From: Candidatus Heimdallarchaeota archaeon
GTDB lineage: Archaea > Asgardarchaeota > Heimdallarchaeia > JABLTI01
Assembly (NCBI GenBank): GCA_030614005.1
Contig: JAUWKS010000014.1
Location: 1-32,000 of the forward strand
Direction: 5' to 3'
DNA: 32,000 nt
Of this stretch, positions 9,389 through 16,945 are shown one piece after another (position 1 is the first letter of the stretch; every line of letters starts with the position of its first letter). The position numbers and the translations under genes were made by a program. The notes under the pieces were generated by a model. It searched no databases and was not told the origin of the DNA. It saw only the letters and a list, made by a program, of their open reading frames with translations.

Positions 9389-10915
9389 TCAAAATATTAT
9401 TGGCGTGTTTCTTAGTCTATCAATATTTGTACTGTAGACTTCTCTAATGTCATCAAGGTCAAGTTTTAACATTACCAAACGATCTAGACCTTGTCCCCAA
9501 GCAAGAACTTTTTCTTTTACACCAAACGGCAACGTTACTTCAGGCCTGAATATTCCCGATCCTCCCATTTCAAACCATGTTTTGAATTTATCTACATAAA
9601 TTAGTGTTGACATAGAAGGCTCTGTATACGGATAAAATGAGGGGGTTAATCGTATCTTTTTGAAACCCATTTTTCCATAAAAGGTTTTAATTGTACCCAT
9701 TAAATTCCTTAGCGTTACATTCTTATCAACGATAATTCCTTCAAATTGCATAAATTCAGCTAAATGTTTGAAATCGATAGCTTCATTTCGATATACTCGG
9801 TCGATTGAGAACACTTTTTCAGGGGGGGTCCATTCTTTGTAAGCTTTCGATAGATGTCTTACAGTAGTTGCGGTTGTATGTGTACGTAAAACTAAACGTT
9901 CAGCTTCTGCTAAAGACCACTTGTATCCCCAGCCTTTACTTTTTGTTTTCCAACCATTTTGGTGCGTTTTTGCTACATTATCTACTATCTCTTTTGGAGG
10001 TAAATCTGCTTTATTTGGTTGAGCTAATTTGAAAGTATCATGCATTTCTCTGGCTGGATGATCTTGAGGTTGGAATAAGGCATCAAAGTTCCAAAATTCA
10101 GATTCTACTATTGGTCCTCTGATTTCATGAAAACCCATTTCAAAAAAGATTTCTCGCATCTCATTAACTACTTCAATTATAGGATGTCTTCTTCCAAAAT
10201 AAGTGACTGGAACATCTTCTGTAGGATCATATGCTTTGAATTTCTTTTTGCGCCAACTTCCCGTAATGATCATTTTAGGCGTTAATGTGGTCTCCAATTT
10301 ATCTTGGATTTTCAACCCCTTTTTCAATATTTTTTGTCCTTCACTAGTCAATTTAGCAATGCGTATTCTCTTCTCGTTTACAATTAGTATCTTTCTTTTA
10401 CTGAGATTTTTGATACTTTCTTGCACTTTGGGGTCCTTTAACATCTTTTGAATTTCATTGTTTTTTATTGAGGTTAGAACTTGCTCATCCAAATCTTCAG
10501 TCATCTTTTTTGATTCAACAAAAGTTTTCTTACCTTCCTTTGAGAATTCCACCCAATTTTTGCGACGCAACCATCCAATAGCAATATTAACTAATAATGG
10601 GTCTAAACCAGATTTTTCTTTGAAATCATCTAATAGTATTTTACCTTTCACTTTCTGTAATTCGACAAACACTTGTTTTTCTGGCAAGCCTACTTTCAGA
10701 TAACTCTTTCCCTCTTTTGTCAAGGCTATTTCTTGCTCTGTTTTCTCTATACTATCAAGCAATCCCATTTCGGAAAGTTCGAGAATAGTTTTTGCAACAA
10801 CTACTTGATCTAGTTTTGTAGTTTCCACTAGTTTAGGTTGCGAAATTTCTTTCTCACTTTGAATAAACTTTAGTATTTTTGCTTGATTTGCTGTTACAGC
10901 AGTGGTTGCTGGCAT
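9389..10915 (-). CDS. pheS: Phenylalanine--tRNA ligase alpha subunit (archaeal/eukaryotic long type with N-terminal wHTH domains)
   Basis: FWNFDALFQPQDHPAREMHDTF, LRTHTTA, VYRNEAID, HLAEFMQFEG, FYPYTEPS, GSGIFRPE, WGQGLDRL. Confidence 0.97.
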   Translation of the reverse strand: MPATTAVTANQAKILKFIQSEKEISQPKLVETTKLDQVVVAKTILELSEMGLLDSIEKTEQEIALTKEGKSYLKVGLPEKQVFVELQKVKGKILLDDFKEKSGLDPLLVNIAIGWLRRKNWVEFSKEGKKTFVESKKMTEDLDEQVLTSIKNNEIQKMLKDPKVQESIKNLSKRKILIVNEKRIRIAKLTSEGQKILKKGLKIQDKLETTLTPKMIITGSWRKKKFKAYDPTEDVPVTYFGRRHPIIEVVNEMREIFFEMGFHEIRGPIVESEFWNFDALFQPQDHPAREMHDTFKLAQPNKADLPPKEIVDNVAKTHQNGWKTKSKGWGYKWSLAEAERLVLRTHTTATTVRHLSKAYKEWTPPEKVFSIDRVYRNEAIDFKHLAEFMQFEGIIVDKNVTLRNLMGTIKTFYGKMGFKKIRLTPSFYPYTEPSMSTLIYVDKFKTWFEMGGSGIFRPEVTLPFGVKEKVLAWGQGLDRLVMLKLDLDDIREVYSTNIDRLRNTPIIF

Positions 10916-11060
10916 AGACTCTACCTCATATTCCTAACAATTTTCAAGTTCAATAATTGAAAAATCTTTCCATGAAAATAAATCATTCTGTCCATTTCGG
11001 TGCATACCATTAGATTTAATAAAACGTTTTATTCTATTCCGAGTTATTAGAATAGAACTC

Positions 11061-11603
11061 TTGGTGAACAGTTTGGTCGTAATAACAATTTCAGGTCCTC
11101 ACGGTGCTGGGAAAAGCACTTATGCAAAAGGTATTGCTAAAGCTCTTAATCTCAAGTATGTTTCTTCTGGTGAAATTTTCAGAAGATTAGCGAAAGAAAG
11201 TGGATGTGATCTTGAAAATTTTTCTAAGAAATGTGAAAAAGATAATTCTATTGATAACAAGATTGACCAAATAACTATTGATGAAGCTAAAAAAGGTGAT
11301 GTTGTTTTAGAAGGTCAATTAGCCTCTTGGATGGCTAGCGATTTCTCTGATTTCAATATCTATGTTACTGCATCCCTTGATGTTCGAGTTAAACGCATTG
11401 CCGGTCGTGATAAAGTCGATTTTGCAAAAGCCAAAAGAGAAACTATTGCAAGAACAAGAAGCGCCTTACGACGGTTCAAACGAATGTATAAAATTGACAC
11501 AGAGAAGAGAGAGATATACGATATGATTCTTAGCACTGATCGATTATCTAAACAAAAGTGCATGAATATTCTTATTGCTGCTTGTAAAGAGTTTGTTGAA
11601 TGA
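11061..11603 (+). CDS. cmk: Cytidylate kinase, archaeal type
   Basis: ITISGPHGAGKST P-loop, SSGEIFR, VVLEGQLASW, RIAGRD; canonical position before rpl14e and cbf5. Confidence 0.9.
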   Translation: MVNSLVVITISGPHGAGKSTYAKGIAKALNLKYVSSGEIFRRLAKESGCDLENFSKKCEKDNSIDNKIDQITIDEAKKGDVVLEGQLASWMASDFSDFNIYVTASLDVRVKRIAGRDKVDFAKAKRETIARTRSALRRFKRMYKIDTEKREIYDMILSTDRLSKQKCMNILIAACKEFVE

Positions 11604-11644
11604 TTTTTTTTGCATTTCGTTTTGAAGGGAAAAGTTAAAAACCA

Positions 11645-11652
11645 TTTATAAT
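11645..11652 (+). promoter_or_regulatory. Candidate TATA box for rpl14e
   Basis: TTTATAAT preceded by an A-rich BRE-like run, about 100 nt before the rpl14e start. Confidence 0.35.
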
Positions 11653-11691
11653 TGCTTTTGCTTTAACTCAGAATAGATGCTTATTTAGGCT

Positions 11692-11734
11692 TCCTCGCTA
11701 GGTGACGCGGGGACCAGATTTGAAGCAAAATCTG
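11692..11734 (+). promoter_or_regulatory. Two-hairpin structured 5' leader of rpl14e
   Basis: TCCTCGC-8nt-GCGGGGA (one G-U pair) and CAGATTT-6nt-AAATCTG immediately before the GGAG ribosome-binding site. Confidence 0.4.
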
Positions 11735-11753
11735 TGAAAGGAGTTAACAAACT

Positions 11754-12029
11754 ATGATTGAAATTGGTCGAATAGTAATTAAAACAGCAGGTCGAGAAGC
11801 TTTGAAAAAAGCAGTTGTTGTTGATATAATTGATAAAAATTATATTTTAATTACGGGACCTCCTAGCCTGAGTGGTCTCAAGAGAAGACGAGTAAACATC
11901 GGTCATCTTGAACCAACCAAGAAGAAGGTAGAAATAACCCGTAAGGCAACAGATGCCGACGTACTTGCCGCAGCAAAAGCTGCTGGTCTTGATGCTTTTA
12001 TCAAAGAACGTCTCAAGCTAAACGTATAG
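11754..12029 (+). CDS. rpl14e: 50S ribosomal protein L14e
   Basis: MIEIGRIVIKTAGREA ... VVVDIIDKNYILITGP ... KRRRVNIGHLEPT; SH3-like/KOW L14e pattern. Confidence 0.95.
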   Translation: MIEIGRIVIKTAGREALKKAVVVDIIDKNYILITGPPSLSGLKRRRVNIGHLEPTKKKVEITRKATDADVLAAAKAAGLDAFIKERLKLNV

Positions 12030-12201
12030 TAAACACAAGAGGTTTGATTTTTTATCTTTTCTAAGAAAATCAATCAAACATTTCTTTCCTTTTCTTGAAT
12101 CAAGGAGGAAAGCTTTTATTTTTCTTCTTTTCAAAGGGAATTGTTTTTAGTGAAATAGAATAGATATATCGAATAATTACCCCCATTGGTGTTGGAAAGC
12201 T

Positions 12202-13215
12202 ATGTCATCACAATCTCGAATCTTACCATCAGAAAAAAAGCGAAAACTATTAGTTAAGACAGATGATTTTGAAATAACTAATCATGGTTTGAAACCCGAA
12301 GAACGAGATGTCAAAGAGCTTATTCGGTTAGGGGTTATTAACGTTGATAAGCACCCAAACCCAACTAGCCAAGAGATTGTTGCTACGGTAAAAAGAATTT
12401 TCAATTTACGAAAAGCAGGGCACTCTGGAACACTTGATCCTTCCGTTACTGGCATTCTTCCTATTGCATTGGAAGATGCAACAAAAATTACTGATGCACT
12501 CCTTCCTTCAGGAAAAGAATATATTTGCATTATGCATCTTCATAGTGCGGTGAAGAAGGGTGACCTAAGAGAAATAATCACTCAATTCCATGGAGAAATC
12601 TATCAAAAACCACCTGTTAAATCTTCCGTGAAAAGAGTTCTAAGAATAAGAAAAATCTATTATATTGATCTTATGGAAGTTGCTGGTCAAGATGTTTTAT
12701 TTAAAGTAGGTTGTGAAAAAGGAACCTACATTCGAAAACTTTGTCATGATATTGGCTTAGTTTTAGGTACAGGCGCACATATGAAAGAATTACGCCGAAC
12801 AAAAACAGGACCTTTCAGAGAAGATGAAACATTAGCCTCATTAACTCGAGTCTTTGATGCGTATGAGGTCTGGAAAGAATCTGGTGATGAAGAGGAGCTT
12901 CGGCAAGTTGTTTTGCCAATGGAACGGGGTTTAACTCATTTACCAAAAATAGTTATTCGTGACAATGCTATTGGGGCTATCTGTCATGGTGCAAGTTTGG
13001 CTATGCCTGGAGTAGTTAAAATCGATGACATTATTGAGAAAGATTCTCTTATCCTTTTGGAAAGTTTGAAAGGAGAAGCAATAGCATTAGCAAAAGCTAT
13101 TGAAAGTTCTAAAACTATCTTAAAGGAAAATCATGGTTTAGCTGCCAAAACATCTCGAGTATTAATGGATCGAGATGTCTATCCGAAAGATTGGAAGGAA
13201 TCGGTCAAGAAATGA
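12202..13215 (+). CDS. cbf5: H/ACA RNA-guided pseudouridine synthase Cbf5 (TruB family with PUA domain)
   Basis: GVINVDKHPNPTS, catalytic GHSGTLDP, KEYIC, CEKGTYIRKLCHDIG, MKELRRT, C-terminal PUA (AIGAICHGA) and RVLMDRDVYPK. Confidence 0.97.
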   Translation: MSSQSRILPSEKKRKLLVKTDDFEITNHGLKPEERDVKELIRLGVINVDKHPNPTSQEIVATVKRIFNLRKAGHSGTLDPSVTGILPIALEDATKITDALLPSGKEYICIMHLHSAVKKGDLREIITQFHGEIYQKPPVKSSVKRVLRIRKIYYIDLMEVAGQDVLFKVGCEKGTYIRKLCHDIGLVLGTGAHMKELRRTKTGPFREDETLASLTRVFDAYEVWKESGDEEELRQVVLPMERGLTHLPKIVIRDNAIGAICHGASLAMPGVVKIDDIIEKDSLILLESLKGEAIALAKAIESSKTILKENHGLAAKTSRVLMDRDVYPKDWKESVKK

Positions 13216-13826
13216 CCCCTCATTATTTTTCAGAAAAACCATCCACAACAGGAAAAACTATTCTAATACATACTCATCAATTAGGTAATCGTCTAACTTT
13301 TAAAAGTCAATCAGGAATTTTCGGTTGGATGAAAGTAGATACTGGTAGCGAACTTTTACTAAACAACTTGCTATTACCAAAAAAATCTGATCTAACTATT
13401 TTGGATCTCGGTTGTGGGTATGGATTTTTGGGTATTGCCTTAGCTAAAGCATATCCGCAAAATAATTTTGTGTTGACAGATATCAACAAATTAGCTGTGA
13501 GATTGACCAAAGAAAATTGTAAAACAAATGATGTTCTTCAGAATACTCGAGTGTGTCAAGGCAATCTATATGAACCCGTCAAAAATGACCACTTTGATAT
13601 TATCATCACAAATCCACCTTTGATGGCAGGAAAAAAAATATTAAAGGAAATTATAGTCAGTTCAATTAATCACCTAAAAGAGCAAGGTTCAGTACAGCTT
13701 GTGGTACCAAAGAAGAAAGGATTAATTTCAATGCAAAAAATGTTAGCAAGTGTTTATGGGACGTATCAAGTACTAACTAAAGGATCGGGTTTTTGGATAT
13801 TGAAATCCGAGAAAGCAAAAACTTAA
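13191..13826 (+). CDS. Class I SAM-dependent methyltransferase, RsmC/MTS-like
   Basis: HYFSEKP N-terminus, VDTGSELLL, LDLGCGYGFLG, TDINKLA, IITNPP; likely start is the ATG at 13212 overlapping the cbf5 stop (ATGA). Confidence 0.85.
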   Translation: MEGIGQEMTPHYFSEKPSTTGKTILIHTHQLGNRLTFKSQSGIFGWMKVDTGSELLLNNLLLPKKSDLTILDLGCGYGFLGIALAKAYPQNNFVLTDINKLAVRLTKENCKTNDVLQNTRVCQGNLYEPVKNDHFDIIITNPPLMAGKKILKEIIVSSINHLKEQGSVQLVVPKKKGLISMQKMLASVYGTYQVLTKGSGFWILKSEKAKT

Positions 13827-13900
13827 TTTGTAAAAAGAATTTTTTTTCTAATGGAAAACCTAAAAAAGAGGTAAAAATCCTTAAACATAATCATAAAATT

Positions 13901-14020
13901 GCCGAGGTGGCCTAGCCTGGTAGGGCGATTGCCTGGAATTTTCTATTTCAAGTAATGAGCATATACCGGTAAGCAATTGTGTGAAAGCACGCGCGAGTTC
14001 GAATCTCGTCCTCGGCACCA
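13901..14020 (+). tRNA. trnS-GGA: tRNA-Ser(GGA), type II, with 33-nt intron at 37/38 (13939-13971) and encoded CCA
   Basis: Acceptor stem GCCGAGG/CCTCGGC, anticodon stem ATTGC/GCAAT, loop CT-GGA-A|A after splicing, long variable arm GTGT-GAAA-GCAC, T-arm GCGAG-TTCGAAT-CTCGT, then ACCA. Confidence 0.93.
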
Positions 14021-14153
14021 AAACCCTTTCTCTATATGCCTATTTTTGTACGAATACTTTCAGCTAGCTCCATTCATTGCTTTTTTTAAAACGAATTTAG
14101 GCCTTTTATACAAAAGTTGGAATATATTATTGAGAAATATGAGTTGATAATTT

Positions 14154-14468
14154 ATGGCTGAAAGTGCTATTGTTAAGAATAATAATAACAAAGGATTTAG
14201 AAATAACAACGGAACGAAGATTTGTGATATCATTCACTTTTATAATAAACAGCGTTCTAACAGTTTACAAATATTTGTTGAGGATCCATATCTTAAAAAT
14301 GGGCAATGGCCAACAAGTGGGTCTATTCGTCTTGTGCTTACCAAATTTGGCGAACCAAATCAAGTTAATGCAATTAAATTGACTTTTGCTGAAGCAACTG
14401 AACTTATTTTTCGATTACAAAGTGGTTTACAAGCATCCTTTAGCAAAGAAGTTGCTCTTAGAAAATAA
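14154..14468 (+). CDS. Hypothetical protein (104 aa)
   Basis: Natural-looking ORF with its own intergenic spacer and a downstream hairpin; no recognised family. Confidence 0.7.
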   Translation: MAESAIVKNNNNKGFRNNNGTKICDIIHFYNKQRSNSLQIFVEDPYLKNGQWPTSGSIRLVLTKFGEPNQVNAIKLTFAEATELIFRLQSGLQASFSKEVALRK

Positions 14469-14491
14469 GCTAAAACTTTTCTCTCTTTTTT

Positions 14492-14511
14492 AGAAGGTTT
14501 GTTAACCTTCT
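14492..14511 (+). terminator. Hairpin plus T-tract downstream of the 104-aa ORF
   Basis: AGAAGGTT-TGTT-AACCTTCT 8-bp stem followed within a few nt by a T run. Confidence 0.5.
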
Positions 14512-14628
14512 CAGCTCTTTTTTTGTTGATTTCTCTCTATTTTTGCTTTTCTATAATAGAAAAAGTAGAATAGTTCAAATAATTAAGTTGTTTGCATTAA
14601 TTAGAATAAATGTAAGGAATTAACAATC

Positions 14629-15498
14629 TTGAGAAAATCAAACGGTGGAGTAATCTGGCTAATTTTATCAGGAGCAGCGGTGGGTTTTGCTTTGTCCCTT
14701 ATTCTTGCTTCAATGTTATTTTTACAATATTTGATCCCTATCTTCATTCTCTTAGTAATCGGTGGTCTCATCTGTGCAAGAGTTATTGGAAGAAGTGGTG
14801 GAGAATTCTCCGAAGATACGAAAAACTATGCTCTTATCTTAGAGGGAATTATTTTCGGTATAGTCTTTGATTTGATGCGCTTTAGATATGATTGGTTAAT
14901 TAACATCTTCAAGTTTATCGCCCTTGGAACCTTTTTCATCCTATTTGCAGTTTTTTACAAGCGTAATCTTGACGAATATACAAATGATCATCTTGATGAT
15001 GGACCCTATATGGCAATAATGCGCCCTTCTATTCTTTACATTTTAGCTGGTTGTAATTTTGCTATTGCAATTAACTGCATTGTTGAAGCTTTTATGGGTT
15101 CTTCGTATTTCCTTGTATTGTTACCTTTAATGGTACTTTTTGGAGTTTTATTGATGATTTTCTCAAAAGCCGATTTCGATTTGTTGAGTACGGATTCTGG
15201 TGTTTGGAACCAGCTATTTGCAGGTATTATGTTAGGCTTTGCTTATGATTTAGCACTCTTCAGAGTTATCTTGTCGCAAGATATTGCCAAGTTATTCATT
15301 GTTTGTATGATGTTCCTTGTTACTGCTTTCGTAATTCGAAAGAAGATACCAACGAAGATGGGTATTGGTGGTGTTTCTCTTGATTTAGAGTCCACTAAAT
15401 CTCGTAAGAAAAAAACTACTTCTGCTCGCGAAATCTCTTTCGCTGAGAAAAAACCTCGCAGTAAATCATCAAAATCAACAAGTAAAAAGAGGAGATAA
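14629..15498 (+). CDS. Polytopic membrane protein of unknown function with Lys/Arg/Ser-rich C-terminal tail
   Basis: Roughly 8 hydrophobic segments; tail KSRKKKTTS...KKRR; TTG start. Confidence 0.75.
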   Translation: MRKSNGGVIWLILSGAAVGFALSLILASMLFLQYLIPIFILLVIGGLICARVIGRSGGEFSEDTKNYALILEGIIFGIVFDLMRFRYDWLINIFKFIALGTFFILFAVFYKRNLDEYTNDHLDDGPYMAIMRPSILYILAGCNFAIAINCIVEAFMGSSYFLVLLPLMVLFGVLLMIFSKADFDLLSTDSGVWNQLFAGIMLGFAYDLALFRVILSQDIAKLFIVCMMFLVTAFVIRKKIPTKMGIGGVSLDLESTKSRKKKTTSAREISFAEKKPRSKSSKSTSKKRR

Positions 15499-16914
15499 TT
15501 GTCAATGAGAAGAAACAGCTTGAAGTTTATCATTCTCTTTACCACTTTCTTGGTACCTTTTCTATTTGCTCCTCTTACAGTTGGTTATACTCAAGCCGCA
15601 CCAATCGATGAATATCCAAAATTTGGTTTTAGCTACATTAATGGTATAGCTGGTGCAACTGAATTGGAGGAACCCGGATATCAAAAAGCGGTTGAAATGG
15701 GTGCAACCATCGAACATCGGGAATATAGTTGGTCCTATATTGACTATTCTATTGAACGTGTATATGAATGGAAAAAACTATTCCTTAACAAATTTCCATC
15801 AATGAATGCATCCATAGCCATAGGTGTTATTAGTAATAATTTCAGTGTTCTAACGTCAAAATTCAATTTTACAAGATATACAACTATACCTACCCCTGAA
15901 TCTAATAATACTCGATTTAATGATCCTTTAGTTATAACTACACTCAAAAATTTCACTGACATTGTTCTTGAAGACATTGGTGGATTCAGTTATATCAGCT
16001 TCGGGAACGAAGTTAATGGGTTCTTTGAAACCTATTTTGATTATACAACTAAGACAATGACTAATACTGTTATGCTCGATGATTATGTTAATCTGACAGA
16101 GCAAATGTATGATTATGTTAAAGCGAAGTATCCTTCAGTAAAAGTAATGATGAGTTTTCGCAATCAAATTACTTCAGATCACCTTAATATTGCTGCAATA
16201 ATTGATCGCTTCAATGACTCTTGTGATATATACTCTATGGCTGGTCGAATTTTCACGAATGATTATGGTTTTCTTGAGAACCTCTCAAAGGATGAAGTAC
16301 TTGAACGCTTTACGAATTTCATTGATCTAACTGGCTCCAAGAAATTTGCTATAACAAATATCTATACTATCTCTGATAGCAGTGCAGGTGGATCTGAATT
16401 GTATCAAGCTAATTTCATTCGAACACTGTTTGAACTTGCAAACGACTATTCTGATAAAATGGAGTTCCTCTGTTGGTATCATATTTTTGATTTACCCCGT
16501 GGTTATCTTGGGATGATATTTAGTCCATTCCTTGAAGCTCAACGTTCTCTTGGTTTATTGACAGAATTTGGTGATTACAAGATGTCTTATTTCGCTTGGA
16601 TTGAAGAAATGCAAGCTCTTGGTCGAATACCTAACTATTATACTCCATGGAAGATTGCTCTTTATTCAATAACCTTAACGGCAATAGGAGGATTTTTTGT
16701 ATTCGCTTTTGTAAAGGAAGGTATTGACATCTACAAGACACAGCAACAAAAAGATGCAACCCCTGATCAAATTGATTTTGATAAAAAACCCAAGGAACCT
16801 TCCATAAAGAAGAAAAAAAAGAAGAAAGGCAAATCAAAGGAAACTATCGTCTTTGATGCAAGTTATTCCTATGATGATAGTAAAGAATCAGAAGCAGCTG
16901 AAGAAGAGAAGTAA
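15499..16914 (+). CDS. Secreted, C-terminally anchored glycoside hydrolase clan A-like TIM-barrel protein
   Basis: Signal peptide, SFGNEVN acid/base-type motif, SELYQANF, LCWYHIFD, LGLLT..G..K..Y, C-terminal TM helix and highly charged tail; starts directly after the preceding stop. Confidence 0.6.
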   Translation: MSMRRNSLKFIILFTTFLVPFLFAPLTVGYTQAAPIDEYPKFGFSYINGIAGATELEEPGYQKAVEMGATIEHREYSWSYIDYSIERVYEWKKLFLNKFPSMNASIAIGVISNNFSVLTSKFNFTRYTTIPTPESNNTRFNDPLVITTLKNFTDIVLEDIGGFSYISFGNEVNGFFETYFDYTTKTMTNTVMLDDYVNLTEQMYDYVKAKYPSVKVMMSFRNQITSDHLNIAAIIDRFNDSCDIYSMAGRIFTNDYGFLENLSKDEVLERFTNFIDLTGSKKFAITNIYTISDSSAGGSELYQANFIRTLFELANDYSDKMEFLCWYHIFDLPRGYLGMIFSPFLEAQRSLGLLTEFGDYKMSYFAWIEEMQALGRIPNYYTPWKIALYSITLTAIGGFFVFAFVKEGIDIYKTQQQKDATPDQIDFDKKPKEPSIKKKKKKKGKSKETIVFDASYSYDDSKESEAAEEEK

Positions 16915-16945
16915 TTTTTCCTCTTCATCAAATCTTTTTTATTTT

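Noticed and set aside
12400-12450. Intron in cbf5, as known in many crenarchaea near the catalytic motif
   Set aside because: The frame runs uninterrupted through GHSGTLDP.
13933-13972. Alternative reading as tRNA-Thr(GGT) or tRNA-Leu
   Set aside because: BHB geometry places the cuts at 37/38, giving GGA, and the long variable arm and D-arm are Ser-type.
13901-14468. tRNA 3' end as an integration site for a mobile element
   Set aside because: No integrase or transposase, and I noticed no repeat of the tRNA 3' end elsewhere in the window.
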